From a virus, in IMG/VR virus record IMGVR_UViG_3300045988_118528, positions 1 to 49,339 of that record: 49,339 nt of DNA; one strand, 5' to 3'. Position numbers and translations under genes: made by a program. Below the pieces are notes generated by a model. It saw only the letters and a list, made by a program, of their open reading frames with translations, was not told where the DNA came from and did no database searches. Positions 7,337 through 16,609 of this stretch are shown piece by piece; the first letter of the stretch is position 1; the number at the start of each line of letters is the position of its first letter.

Positions 7337-7990
7337 CTATTCCGTTATGGTTCCAACAGGGTCAAATACGCCGCAGTTAAAAGGCTGCAACCCGCTGCCA
7401 GCAAAACCAAAAACATTTTCTTTATCTATCTGGTATAAGTCCCAGCCTACTCCGGCTCCGACACATAGAGTGCCGCCAACCTTAAACAACGCCAGTTCTT
7501 CATCTGTAAGATAACGTTGAAAAAGCCAGCGAACGTGCATGGGATAGGTATTGTAGTAAGTACCGTTTCCATCCTGCGCTTCGATGATGACGCTGAAAAC
7601 CATAGCGTTATACTGTGGAAACAGCTTATTGATCATGTAGTTTAGTGTATAAAGCGATGCGTCAGTAATATTAGCCAAAGCTTTATACATAAGCAACGTC
7701 CTGTAAAAATCATCATCAAGCGTTATTTTAGTATCATCATCTAAAATAATAGTGCGTGCAATACCAACGATATTGCCCCATGTATCCAGTCCTACACCAG
7801 TAGCTGTTTTAATATCCATCATGTTTTTATAAAAAGTCTGGATATCGGCGTCCGGGCGAATATTGGATCTGAAATCATCAAGTATTTGCTTAATCACAGG
7901 GCTTGCTGAATACTGCGACTGGATATACGGCTGAGGTTCCATCCTGATATCATCGCTTGCCCTGACGTCCTCTTGTCCATGAAAGTCCAT
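7337..7990 (-). CDS. Baseplate protein (DUF2612 / gpI-Mu gp48-like position)
   Basis: 217 aa. Directly downstream of the baseplate J-like gene. The N-terminal region SPVIKQILDDF...DTWGNIVGI is reminiscent of DUF2612. Confidence 0.5.
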   Translation of the reverse strand: MDFHGQEDVRASDDIRMEPQPYIQSQYSASPVIKQILDDFRSNIRPDADIQTFYKNMMDIKTATGVGLDTWGNIVGIARTIILDDDTKITLDDDFYRTLLMYKALANITDASLYTLNYMINKLFPQYNAMVFSVIIEAQDGNGTYYNTYPMHVRWLFQRYLTDEELALFKVGGTLCVGAGVGWDLYQIDKENVFGFAGSGLQPFNCGVFDPVGTITE

Positions 7991-7991
7991 A

Positions 7992-9197
7992 TTAAGCCTC
8001 CAAAATTACCGTTACGTCGTCCTCTGACAGCGTTGGCATATTATCCAGCGGGATGTCTACTTCGTCGCTGAAAGTCCCATTTGACGGAAAAGCAACCTCT
8101 ATAGACGAAAGATTTTTCACACCGGCACTCGTAACCGAGTTATAAAAACGGCTGGCATACAGAGTATCACCCATTTTCACCCGCGGCTCATCCACGGTTT
8201 GGCCGTTAAAGTTAGCCAAAACAGCAGCTTTAATATCTGCAGTAATGGTAGTAGGTGTTGTCGCTGTCTGTTTAAGAGTCACCTTGACTGCTGCTCCTAC
8301 TACAGTAGGACTTTGATAATAATAAACCTGCTCACTGCCATTAGTAGGATCTGCAATCGTTACCTTCGTGTTTCCCGTAGTCCCGCAGCCGCCGTCAATT
8401 TTCTCGTGCATTGCCATAGCTATTTTTTCCTGTTCACCGCCGTAAACGCTCAAATAAACGCTGTGAGGAGGAATTGTGACACCATATTTTGTTATTGTCA
8501 CATCCCCGCGGTTTTGCTCGATTCTACAGGCGATAACGCCGTCGATATTACCGACTGTCCCTTCAACAGCTTCTGCAAGCCCGTGAGCATTTTTAGCGAC
8601 ACTGTCACTACGGCGCTGTTCAAATTCAGCCTGTGTCTCAAAATCGCGCCCAGGAGCACCAGCAGCAGCGTTATTAACACTATCCCAACCAGGTATTACA
8701 GTAATAATCTTATTAACGATATTTGCTCCGACTTGTATTGGTCCATACTGACTACATCTAAAGATACATTCTGCTATACCGGTTGCACCAATCGTCGTAG
8801 CATTGATGTTGTAAAAAGTGTAACCATTAACATCCTGCACTACGGCTCCATAGGGGATTATAGTACCCTGCAAGCCAGCGCACTGGCATGTTACTAGTGT
8901 CGGTTGCGCTACCTGCCGATCTAAAAAATAAATCGCGGCTAAAGCATCCTGATAAATACCTGTGGCCGTTTTAGGGTTAAATCCATTAGCCAGTCGTAAC
9001 ACTTCCCCGTCTTTTTCGGCTACTAATGCGGCCATACCATCAATCAGCTGACCTGCTGGCGTTTCTGGACCGGTATTAAGTTCTGGAGCACTTTCATCAG
9101 TTTTAAAGGCAGTTTTCCAGTCAGTTGCAATTTGATTACGTATCGTACCGGTTTCATCAGCAATAAAGCCAGTATCAGGGTTAAATATTATTGCCAT
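7992..9197 (-). CDS. Baseplate J-like protein (Mu gp47 / P2 gpJ family)
   Basis: About 401 aa. Start moved to ATG 9195..9197 (MAIIFNPDTGF), with GGAAAGGAG upstream. Size and position are typical of Baseplate_J. Confidence 0.6.
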   Translation of the reverse strand: MAIIFNPDTGFIADETGTIRNQIATDWKTAFKTDESAPELNTGPETPAGQLIDGMAALVAEKDGEVLRLANGFNPKTATGIYQDALAAIYFLDRQVAQPTLVTCQCAGLQGTIIPYGAVVQDVNGYTFYNINATTIGATGIAECIFRCSQYGPIQVGANIVNKIITVIPGWDSVNNAAAGAPGRDFETQAEFEQRRSDSVAKNAHGLAEAVEGTVGNIDGVIACRIEQNRGDVTITKYGVTIPPHSVYLSVYGGEQEKIAMAMHEKIDGGCGTTGNTKVTIADPTNGSEQVYYYQSPTVVGAAVKVTLKQTATTPTTITADIKAAVLANFNGQTVDEPRVKMGDTLYASRFYNSVTSAGVKNLSSIEVAFPSNGTFSDEVDIPLDNMPTLSEDDVTVILEA

Positions 9198-9224
9198 ATC
9201 CCTGCTCCTTTCCAAAATGGGTAT

Positions 9225-9252
9225 AAAAAAGACACTATATCGCTATAGTGTC
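9225..9252 (-). terminator. Rho-independent terminator inside the baseplate module
   Basis: GACACTATA-tcgc-TATAGTGTC 9-bp stem (9231..9239 / 9244..9252) preceded on the + strand by A6. On the minus strand this is a hairpin plus U6, immediately followed by the RBS of the baseplate J gene. Confidence 0.65.
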
Positions 9253-9263
9253 CAAAAATATTT

Positions 9264-10115
9264 TTAAAGCTGTACACTTACTGTTGTGCCGCCATCCAAT
9301 GTAATAACTACATTACCACTAACCAGCCTGCCGTCATCGTCATATTCGAGTACTGGCTCGCAGCCAGTCGTCCCCGATATTGACATAACGGCTTTTTTTA
9401 TGCGATTAACAAGCATGGATTCCGACACATCAGGACGTTTCCCCAGTTCGATATCAAAGTGTGGAATACCTTGAGTCGCATTAAAATAAGCGTCATTAGT
9501 AAACAGCCTGATTCTATTCGCCGCATTCTGCGCTACTGCATAGGCCCCTTTTGTAGTAGCAATATTACCAGCATCATTAACATTTATATCCCAGTTTTTA
9601 TCAAGATATAGGGTATGCCCATACTTTATTGCTGGATTGTAAGGATCAATATAACTATCATATTCGCCGCCGGTAATAAGAGGCTCCGGATTATTTGGTA
9701 CAGGTATCGGCTCAGGTTCCGGTGACAAAACTGTGATTTCTGCAATGTAGGTATTTTCACTGTCTAAAGATGACAGCAGACCTTCAAACGGATACCTGAC
9801 CATTTGCCCTTGCAACTGTTCAAAATTATAAACTGCAGATACTTCTTCTATATACCCGCCAACAACTCGTAAAGTATTACCTTTAACAAATTCACTTTCG
9901 TCGGGCTGCGCCGTTACATATCCTTGTATAGTTGGGTACGACTCCCACTCCTTTTTAGTATTGGCACTAACAAATTTTGACGCATCCGAGGCAGCAGTAA
10001 CATATCCTTGCATTTTAGGATATGCCTGCCACTCTCGCTTTGTATTTGCCTTTATAAACTTACTTTCATCGGGTGTAGCGGTAACATATGCCTGGATTTT
10101 TACTGTTTCTGCCAT
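9264..10115 (-). CDS. Baseplate-associated protein with three N-terminal tandem repeats (gpW/gp25-like position)
   Basis: 283 aa. Three repeats of about 30 aa (IQAYVTATPDESKFIKANTKREWQAYPKM / QGYVTAASDASKFVSANTKKEWESYPT / IQGYVTAQPDESEFVKGNT). Function is inferred from position only. Confidence 0.4.
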   Translation of the reverse strand: MAETVKIQAYVTATPDESKFIKANTKREWQAYPKMQGYVTAASDASKFVSANTKKEWESYPTIQGYVTAQPDESEFVKGNTLRVVGGYIEEVSAVYNFEQLQGQMVRYPFEGLLSSLDSENTYIAEITVLSPEPEPIPVPNNPEPLITGGEYDSYIDPYNPAIKYGHTLYLDKNWDINVNDAGNIATTKGAYAVAQNAANRIRLFTNDAYFNATQGIPHFDIELGKRPDVSESMLVNRIKKAVMSISGTTGCEPVLEYDDDGRLVSGNVVITLDGGTTVSVQL

Positions 10116-10127
10116 TTTTCAGCCCCC

Positions 10128-10658
10128 TTATGGTGTAACCGCTGTTTCTGAAAAGCTAAATTCAATTAAATCAAAAGCATTGTTTATTGTTTGTGGTATT
10201 TCTCCATGATTTACAACACACAACATAACAGTGCTATTTACATCTGTAATTGCATTACTTTCATCTATGATTAAATTATTATCAGAGTATCCACCTGCAT
10301 TTAAATATAATTGATTAGACTGCATATAGGTATTTATTTCATCTATAGTTTTAAATAATTTGATAGGATTTGAGCTGTAAGGGCCTGTTGCTAATCCACC
10401 AATAAAACAATTTGCATTTAACGAATAAAAAATTTTTAATGTTGCACTATTTACTTTATATCCACTTTCGCAACGAAAACATAATGGAATAAATAAAATT
10501 GGATAACTCCCCATTTGGGATATGTATGATGGATTTGAATTAGATAATAAAACTTTATATGTATTGGTAATCAATTCTAATGGCTTTGTTATATCTAATT
10601 CTGTCCCATCTTTTTCCCCTGGCGTTCCGTTGATGTAAATATGTAAATGACTAGCCAT
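10128..10658 (-). CDS. Hypothetical tail-module protein, paralog family 'YINGTxGxKDG' (1 of 3)
   Basis: 176 aa. The N-terminus MASHLHIYINGTPGEKDGTELD is shared with the next two ORFs. Very AT-rich. Confidence 0.55.
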   Translation of the reverse strand: MASHLHIYINGTPGEKDGTELDITKPLELITNTYKVLLSNSNPSYISQMGSYPILFIPLCFRCESGYKVNSATLKIFYSLNANCFIGGLATGPYSSNPIKLFKTIDEINTYMQSNQLYLNAGGYSDNNLIIDESNAITDVNSTVMLCVVNHGEIPQTINNAFDLIEFSFSETAVTP

Positions 10659-10673
10659 GTTTTATTCTCCTTA

Positions 10674-11081
10674 TTAAATGTTTTTTCTATATGGGTCTAA
10701 TACTATTGCATAAAAAAACAATGATGTATCCACCGTTCCAATTTCATCGCTTGTAGCTAAAAACATTACTTTTAATTCTATATTAGTGTCTGTTACTTTT
10801 TTTAATAAATAATATTGTTGACCGTTATTATATACAGTTAAATATTGTGAATTTACTTCTGGTGTTTCCGCCATTCTAATTTTTTTGTATTCATCTAATG
10901 AGCTTCCATAATATACATTATTATAACTTTCGCCCTCATCGGCTCTTATAAAAACGCTGATAGTCTTGCTTGCTGGTAGACTTCCTGCGGGAAAAAGCCC
11001 TGTCGCTGTAATCGGATTATCAGGTGTGACTTCTACACCGTCTTTACTTCCAGCCGTGCCATTAATATAAAATCTAACCAT
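10674..11081 (-). CDS. Hypothetical tail-module protein, paralog family (2 of 3)
   Basis: 135 aa. N-terminus MVRFYINGTAGSKDGVEVTPDNPI. Confidence 0.55.
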   Translation of the reverse strand: MVRFYINGTAGSKDGVEVTPDNPITATGLFPAGSLPASKTISVFIRADEGESYNNVYYGSSLDEYKKIRMAETPEVNSQYLTVYNNGQQYYLLKKVTDTNIELKVMFLATSDEIGTVDTSLFFYAIVLDPYRKNI

Positions 11082-11083
11082 TT

Positions 11084-11461
11084 TTACGCCCCCTGTTCGC
11101 TTACAGTTTCAATATATTTGAAAACCAAATTATTGACTACCGCTGTACTGTATTGCGCATCTGCAGGAATATTGGCTCTTACATAAAATAACGTATTAGT
11201 GCTACCAATATTGCTGAAAAATAATGTACTGCCCCACGTCTTAGCATCTGCTGATAGTTCCAACCAATCAGGATTAGTCCCTATGACCGATATAGTAACG
11301 TTATAAACATTGGTTTCTACAGAGCAGCGTAAAGCGTATTTCACTGCATCGCCCAAGCTACCTTTTTCTGCAGCATACTTTAAAGGATTCGTAGTTAAAA
11401 GCAAAGCCCCATCTGTACCTCCTTCTGTCACCTTCCCACCGTAAAACCCTAATTGTGCCAT
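11084..11461 (-). CDS. Hypothetical tail-module protein, paralog family (3 of 3, more divergent)
   Basis: 125 aa. N-terminus MAQLGFYGGKVTEGGTDGALLLTTNPL. Confidence 0.5.
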   Translation of the reverse strand: MAQLGFYGGKVTEGGTDGALLLTTNPLKYAAEKGSLGDAVKYALRCSVETNVYNVTISVIGTNPDWLELSADAKTWGSTLFFSNIGSTNTLFYVRANIPADAQYSTAVVNNLVFKYIETVSEQGA

Positions 11462-11474
11462 ATTTTTACCCCTT

Positions 11475-12098
11475 TCAATCAGCCAACCGGAAAGGATTGA
11501 TATGAAAAGCTATCATAGCCCTACCGCTTAACCCTTTTATTTTCCAACCTAAATAAATTCTTATGTAAAACCATTTACAGTATTTTTTACAATAATAAAA
11601 GCTCCACGTTTTAGTGAAAATATTTCTGTTGTCCTGTACGATGCCGATATAACATGCATCTTGATCTGAATTTTCATAATTTCGGTAAGTCTTGACGTCA
11701 TACTTATCATAATCACGTCCGCAAACCTCGTATGCAAAGCCATAACCAGTATTACGATACAACCACCATAAACGACAGAAATAACGCTGCACGCGCTCTC
11801 TAAGCGTAAATTCAGAATCAATTATTTTGACATATCCAGGAATCATCAATGCCCCGTCTTTTACTTCAGGATAATAAATGTAGTGCTTATCAAAATCGTA
11901 TCTAAATATTTTAGGCACAACTTCTTTTGCAATAAAATCTACGTCAAGGCAGTTATCATATGTCTGCCACCAACGCAAACATTTTGGCAGATTGCCATAT
12001 TCATCAGCAAAGAAAATCACCAGCCAATTAGTCAGGTAGCAAATTATACTAAAAACAACATCGGCTATGATATATAATATCCAATTCATTTTATTCAC
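11475..12098 (-). CDS. Membrane-anchored Trp/Tyr/Cys-rich protein of unknown function inside the tail module
   Basis: 207 aa. N-terminal TM (WILYIIADVVFSIICYLTNWLVIFF) followed by the motif LRWWQTYDNCLDVD. Confidence 0.5.
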   Translation of the reverse strand: MNKMNWILYIIADVVFSIICYLTNWLVIFFADEYGNLPKCLRWWQTYDNCLDVDFIAKEVVPKIFRYDFDKHYIYYPEVKDGALMIPGYVKIIDSEFTLRERVQRYFCRLWWLYRNTGYGFAYEVCGRDYDKYDVKTYRNYENSDQDACYIGIVQDNRNIFTKTWSFYYCKKYCKWFYIRIYLGWKIKGLSGRAMIAFHINPFRLAD

Positions 12099-12105
12099 CT
12101 TCTTA

Positions 12106-12768
12106 TTAATAATCTAGCACGTTAGGTGTTATACCGTTTATACGCTGCGAATATCTTATAAACGCACTGCCGCCTGTTCCATCTACTTCACTGCTATAAT
12201 CAACAGTAATACGATACTTTTTTTGAGGTGTAACGCCAATATACTTCGTAGCACCTGCGCTGTCTTCTCCCGAAGCACTAAACCATGTTTTAGTGCTTGA
12301 ATACATGCTGCAATAGCAATACTCGCCGGTTATACTACCATTTATTCCGCCCCCCACATAAATTACATTTACGCCAGCCGGAATAGTTATATCAAACGTA
12401 TCATAAAATCCGCCCTCGTCAGCTGCTGTTGTACTCCATAAGTTAGTATCTTCCGCTGGTAGTGGTTTCGTTAAAACAACATATTCTGTTTCATATTCCA
12501 CGTCAGTGTCAATAATCCACGTCCCCGACGCCGTATTATATCCTAATGCTGAAATAATATAAGAAATTTCTTCCCCGGTCGGTATGTTACTAAATAGGGC
12601 TATACCTTTGTTGTCCGTGTTGGCTGTATTACTTTTACCGTCATATGTTATCTCCACACGGGCTGAACTGATGTGACCGCCGTCTGCTGTGTCTACGTGA
12701 ACTTCAAGGACTGAATACGTTTGTGGCGGTGTCCCCCCCGAATTTATTAATAAACGTCGGTTAAACAT
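12106..12768 (-). CDS. Tail/baseplate accessory protein with MFNRRLLI N-terminus and prealbumin/CarboxypepD_reg-like domain
   Basis: 220 aa. GAGGTG RBS. Shares MFNRRLLI plus a beta-sandwich-like segment (VHVDTADGGHISSARVEITYDG...TDNKGIALFSNIP) with the next ORF. Confidence 0.5.
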   Translation of the reverse strand: MFNRRLLINSGGTPPQTYSVLEVHVDTADGGHISSARVEITYDGKSNTANTDNKGIALFSNIPTGEEISYIISALGYNTASGTWIIDTDVEYETEYVVLTKPLPAEDTNLWSTTAADEGGFYDTFDITIPAGVNVIYVGGGINGSITGEYCYCSMYSSTKTWFSASGEDSAGATKYIGVTPQKKYRITVDYSSEVDGTGGSAFIRYSQRINGITPNVLDY

Positions 12769-12782
12769 ACTCTTTCACCTCA

Positions 12783-14195
12783 TTAAATTTCTATAGGCGG
12801 TTCTGTCGGTAAGTCGATATTTGGATTGCTTATCGTACATGGAATTATATTCCCTACGTTATTTAGAAAAACCTCATAAAGTTGCTCCGTTACATCCGGG
12901 TCGCCACCGAATTCATACACTGCCATGTCGTCGAAAAAGTCTACATAAGGCATTATAATGTCGCCATAGCTGCCAAAAACAACTCTTAAATCTGTCGGGA
13001 ATCCGCTTCCGTCCCACAAGATATACATTGTGATGTAGGTTCTGCCTGTTATATATAAGCATTTTACTTCTCCTGTTTTACCGGATATTGTAATCGGATT
13101 AGGCAACAACTTTCCGTAAGCTTCCGTTCCAGTACCCAACACACTACCGTCGCTGTAGCCGTAATAGCCGCCACTATTACCGACAAATAATCCTGCAACA
13201 TTTATTGATGATGTTAATTCAAACGGTAGTGTATTTCCTATATTCGCGCCCCAATATGACCACCATTGCGTTGTTAAATTTGGGTCATTATTGCCGAACG
13301 CACAAGTAGTATTATCTTTTTCGGAATAGCCCCACATTATAAAACCAAAGTTCATTTCAGGCAAATTTGACATTTTTAATGTAAGTATAGCATTTTCATA
13401 TATAGGGTCGTTCTCCCCTACGTCAATTTCTATGTTGCACTGGTCTTGTTGAAGCATAACAAATTTAATAGTTCCTTTTGTTGAAGGCGTCATTTGAATT
13501 CTTTTAGGATTAATGTTTCCAAACGTTTCAGGTGCTGCATCTGATGACCCGTCTGAATAGCCTAATATTCCTGCTATTGAGGGGTATTCTCCTATCGTTA
13601 TACCTTCTAGCGGGGGATTAATAAGCATATATCTAATGATTTGCACTGTTGAAAGATTTGCGGCAAATGGCTCGCTTATTGCTGACACTGGTAAATTTTT
13701 ATAATAAAAACAATACTCCCCGACGTCTAATGTCAAGCCCTGCCATTCTGCTAACCCGTCTACAGTAAACATGTCGGGTATTCCTACAGGTGTAGTTGAT
13801 TGGTCGACTACTGAAATTGCAGCGTCATTTACGGGGGCTAATGTTTTTTCTGATAACAGATAACATTTAGCTGAATTATTAGAATTGGAAAGAGGAACAA
13901 TCCACGTTTCATTTGCCAACCCTCTTAACTGGAAACTATTTGTATAATTTAAATATGTTTCCATTCCGGTATCAGCAACTCTAACAACAAAAGATTTTTT
14001 AACATCTTCTTTCTTAAATCCCCGCCATTCAACATTACCAGCAGCATCGGTTGTCTGAATGGTTGATGTTCCGCCCTCAACGTAAACTTTTGCTAAAGGA
14101 ATAGGGCTGCCGCTGGTATCGTTTATAACCTTTATTTTTACGAACAGCCCGCTATCCCCCCCGATTCCTTGTATCAGCAATCGTCGATTAAACAT
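12783..14195 (-). CDS. Tail/baseplate accessory protein with MFNRRLLI N-terminus (larger paralog)
   Basis: Start set at ATG 14193..14195, with GGAGG 5 nt upstream, just after the stop of the spike gene. 470 aa. IKVINDTSGSPIPLAKVYVEGG...TDAAGNVEW resembles a CarboxypepD_reg-like fold. Confidence 0.5.
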   Translation of the reverse strand: MFNRRLLIQGIGGDSGLFVKIKVINDTSGSPIPLAKVYVEGGTSTIQTTDAAGNVEWRGFKKEDVKKSFVVRVADTGMETYLNYTNSFQLRGLANETWIVPLSNSNNSAKCYLLSEKTLAPVNDAAISVVDQSTTPVGIPDMFTVDGLAEWQGLTLDVGEYCFYYKNLPVSAISEPFAANLSTVQIIRYMLINPPLEGITIGEYPSIAGILGYSDGSSDAAPETFGNINPKRIQMTPSTKGTIKFVMLQQDQCNIEIDVGENDPIYENAILTLKMSNLPEMNFGFIMWGYSEKDNTTCAFGNNDPNLTTQWWSYWGANIGNTLPFELTSSINVAGLFVGNSGGYYGYSDGSVLGTGTEAYGKLLPNPITISGKTGEVKCLYITGRTYITMYILWDGSGFPTDLRVVFGSYGDIIMPYVDFFDDMAVYEFGGDPDVTEQLYEVFLNNVGNIIPCTISNPNIDLPTEPPIEI

Positions 14196-14205
14196 ATTTA
14201 CCTCC

Positions 14206-14829
14206 TTATTTCGGGCCGCTGGTATTACTGCCGCCACTTTCTACACCACCGTGCACGTGTTTCGTAAGGCTTATGCCATTAGCGATAACATCACCTTCAA
14301 CAGTTACATCGCCTTTAATATTCACACCTGATGTAGCAATCAGATTGCACTTATTATCCTGCGTCAACTCTAAGTAGCAACTAGGAGCCTGATTTAAGAA
14401 ACCACCAATATAAAAACCATCAGACTGGCTATGTTTACGTAAGCTACCTGGTTGTTGTGGTTCTCTTGTCCCTGCTGTAACATTACTGCTATCAGATTGA
14501 GCAAAAACAGCAACTCCGATATCATCAGGGACCGGATCAATAATCAGTGCTGCTTTACCTCCCTGTACTCTACTGTATGGCAAATGATACAACGTTACAG
14601 GCTGCACTGCCTGACCTTTGCCATCTACATAGGTAACAAGTGGCAAAACATCTACATAACCTGTAGGTCCTTGTGCCCCCTGCGTATCAACGGCAACGAC
14701 TTTAACCGGCTGTGCAGTAGCTATTTTGTTCTGTAACATACGCACAAAAAAATCTATAGCATTAACATCACTGTTAGCGCTATAGATATTTTTTTGACCT
14801 TGTACTGCTTCATTATTTGACACGCTCAT
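14206..14829 (-). CDS. Baseplate spike / assembly protein V (Mu gp45, P2 gpV-like)
   Basis: The C-terminus GVNIKGDVTVEGDVIANGISLTKHVHGGVESGGSNTSGP is typical of gpV-family spikes. ATG 14827..14829 overlaps the upstream stop (ATGA). Confidence 0.7.
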   Translation of the reverse strand: MSVSNNEAVQGQKNIYSANSDVNAIDFFVRMLQNKIATAQPVKVVAVDTQGAQGPTGYVDVLPLVTYVDGKGQAVQPVTLYHLPYSRVQGGKAALIIDPVPDDIGVAVFAQSDSSNVTAGTREPQQPGSLRKHSQSDGFYIGGFLNQAPSCYLELTQDNKCNLIATSGVNIKGDVTVEGDVIANGISLTKHVHGGVESGGSNTSGPK

Positions 14830-15689
14830 ACCCCCTGAACCCACACGCCGTTAAGACTGGTCATCCAGTCGCCGCCAGTTGGTTTATTGGCACTCAATTT
14901 ATGCTCCAACTTACTTATCTTCCATATCCCGGAAGCCGCCGGCAAAATCGTTTGCAACTCGAAAAACCCGCCCAATGAAAGATTGGGATTAAAGTAGATC
15001 TTGCACTGTACGCCGTCATTTGTAAATGAAGGATAACCATACTGACCTGAATCGCCTTTAACCAAAACCACATTCCCATAATTTTTGATCTCATAAGGCT
15101 GAATGATAAACTTACGGTCATCTATCAACAGATCAATACCAGTCTGCCGTGCCAATTCGTGCGCTTTTTGGATAGGTGAACCAACAAACGTACTGTTCTT
15201 TACGCTGGCAGTAATGCCTTTGTTTTCAAAACCATATCCAGCTTCGCCGGCAAAAATTTTCATTAGTTTTTCGATTGTTGTTTCGCCTTTGGCCGACGTA
15301 GGAGGAGTCGGAAGCTGATTAGGATAATAGCCTGTTCTAGCTTCGATTTTAAAGCTGACGCTGCCATCTTTGTCCATCACGGGCACCGCAGACGATATCT
15401 CTCCTTCAAATACTGTATTAAGCTTCCGTCCCAACTCGCCCGCTTCTATTTTGATAATGTTATTAAAAGTTTGCAGTTTCCTGAATGCCAGCATAGTTAG
15501 CTGCTGCATAGTATCTAACTTCATGTTATTTACTGTAACAGTAGCCTTGCCCATATCCTCGCCTCCCGGTTTAGATACGTTTACTTCTATTGGCAGGCCT
15601 TCAAAGCTTACAGTGTTGCTACCGCCATTAAAACTACCTTGCCGCATATATACAGTTGTCCTGATTGTTTTTTCGCTGAAACTTGTCAT
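14826..15689 (-). CDS. Baseplate hub-like protein (Mu gp44 / gpD-like position)
   Basis: 287 aa. Immediately upstream of the spike gene. The call is mainly positional. Confidence 0.4.
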   Translation of the reverse strand: MTSFSEKTIRTTVYMRQGSFNGGSNTVSFEGLPIEVNVSKPGGEDMGKATVTVNNMKLDTMQQLTMLAFRKLQTFNNIIKIEAGELGRKLNTVFEGEISSAVPVMDKDGSVSFKIEARTGYYPNQLPTPPTSAKGETTIEKLMKIFAGEAGYGFENKGITASVKNSTFVGSPIQKAHELARQTGIDLLIDDRKFIIQPYEIKNYGNVVLVKGDSGQYGYPSFTNDGVQCKIYFNPNLSLGGFFELQTILPAASGIWKISKLEHKLSANKPTGGDWMTSLNGVWVQGV

Positions 15690-15982
15690 AATTCGTCCTC
15701 ATAGTAAAGCACATAACGCGTTCCAAGCCCGCTATAATGCGGGGCAGTATCTTTGTTCGTCATATCGGCAAAAAACAGCGTACCGCTAAAATACGGCGTT
15801 GGGTACTGCACTAAATTCATTGCTGTCAAGCAAATACCTCCCTGCCTTACAATAGTACCGTCACAGGTCAAATCCAGATACATATAATCACCCTTTTGGT
15901 ACAAATGGATAGTACAGTTTTGTCCATTCAACACAATATTAAATTCTTGGTTCGGTATTTGCTGTAATGGTATGACTTGCAT
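15686..15982 (-). CDS. Hypothetical tail protein
   Basis: 98-aa ORF translationally coupled between the tape-measure-distal genes and the hub gene. Confidence 0.5.
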   Translation of the reverse strand: MQVIPLQQIPNQEFNIVLNGQNCTIHLYQKGDYMYLDLTCDGTIVRQGGICLTAMNLVQYPTPYFSGTLFFADMTNKDTAPHYSGLGTRYVLYYEDEL

Positions 15983-15986
15983 ATTA

Positions 15987-16592
15987 TCACTTCCCGCTTG
16001 GATATTTCACTTTGCCTATTCCCTTATGCATTATTGATTCAGCTCGTTCTCCAGCTTCCTGCTGTTCACCTGTCGGCTCGGCTGGTGTAGTAGTACCGGT
16101 ATTTACTTTGCTGGCATCTGACGGATTTTTAGCGTCAGCCGCCGTTATGGTACTGACATCAACACTACTGTAAGCTACATCGACCTCACGGACTTCGACA
16201 AACTGAGCATTGATATGCAGCACACCTAAGCCATCAGTAGCATTAAGACTGTAATCGTAGTTTTGCAGTGTCATGCGCTCATACTCATAAATTGGCGTAA
16301 CAATAGAAAAATAGCTGATTTCCTGTTTTAAATTCTCTATCATGTCAATTACAGATTGTAAATAAGCATTAGTCCCCGAAAATGATAGATCAGCGTTGAT
16401 TTCCAGAGGGCTAGTAACTTTGTTATAGCTCATAAAAGAACCTTTTTCGATAGGTTCAGATACCACCTTGCCACCCGATGTAACGCTTACCTGAAATACA
16501 ACTGCGTCCGGCAGTACATTTCGTCCTTGCTCATTTACAAAGCGCCATTTACTTGATTGTTTTTGTTTGTCTGAAATTGGTAATGTTGTCAT
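15987..16592 (-). CDS. Hypothetical tail protein (distal-tail / DNA-circulation-like position)
   Basis: 201-aa ORF directly after the tape measure gene. Confidence 0.45.
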   Translation of the reverse strand: MTTLPISDKQKQSSKWRFVNEQGRNVLPDAVVFQVSVTSGGKVVSEPIEKGSFMSYNKVTSPLEINADLSFSGTNAYLQSVIDMIENLKQEISYFSIVTPIYEYERMTLQNYDYSLNATDGLGVLHINAQFVEVREVDVAYSSVDVSTITAADAKNPSDASKVNTGTTTPAEPTGEQQEAGERAESIMHKGIGKVKYPSGK

Positions 16593-16609
16593 ATCTTATA
16601 CCTCTATCA

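Noticed and set aside
8199-8897. 232-aa plus-strand ORF antisense to the baseplate J gene, and similar long antisense ORFs (6696..7085, 15370..15789, 43513..43944, 24569..24928)
   Set aside because: They are Cys/Ser/Ile-rich and have no Shine-Dalgarno. They are fully antisense to well-supported genes. Long open antisense frames are a common by-product of codon bias.
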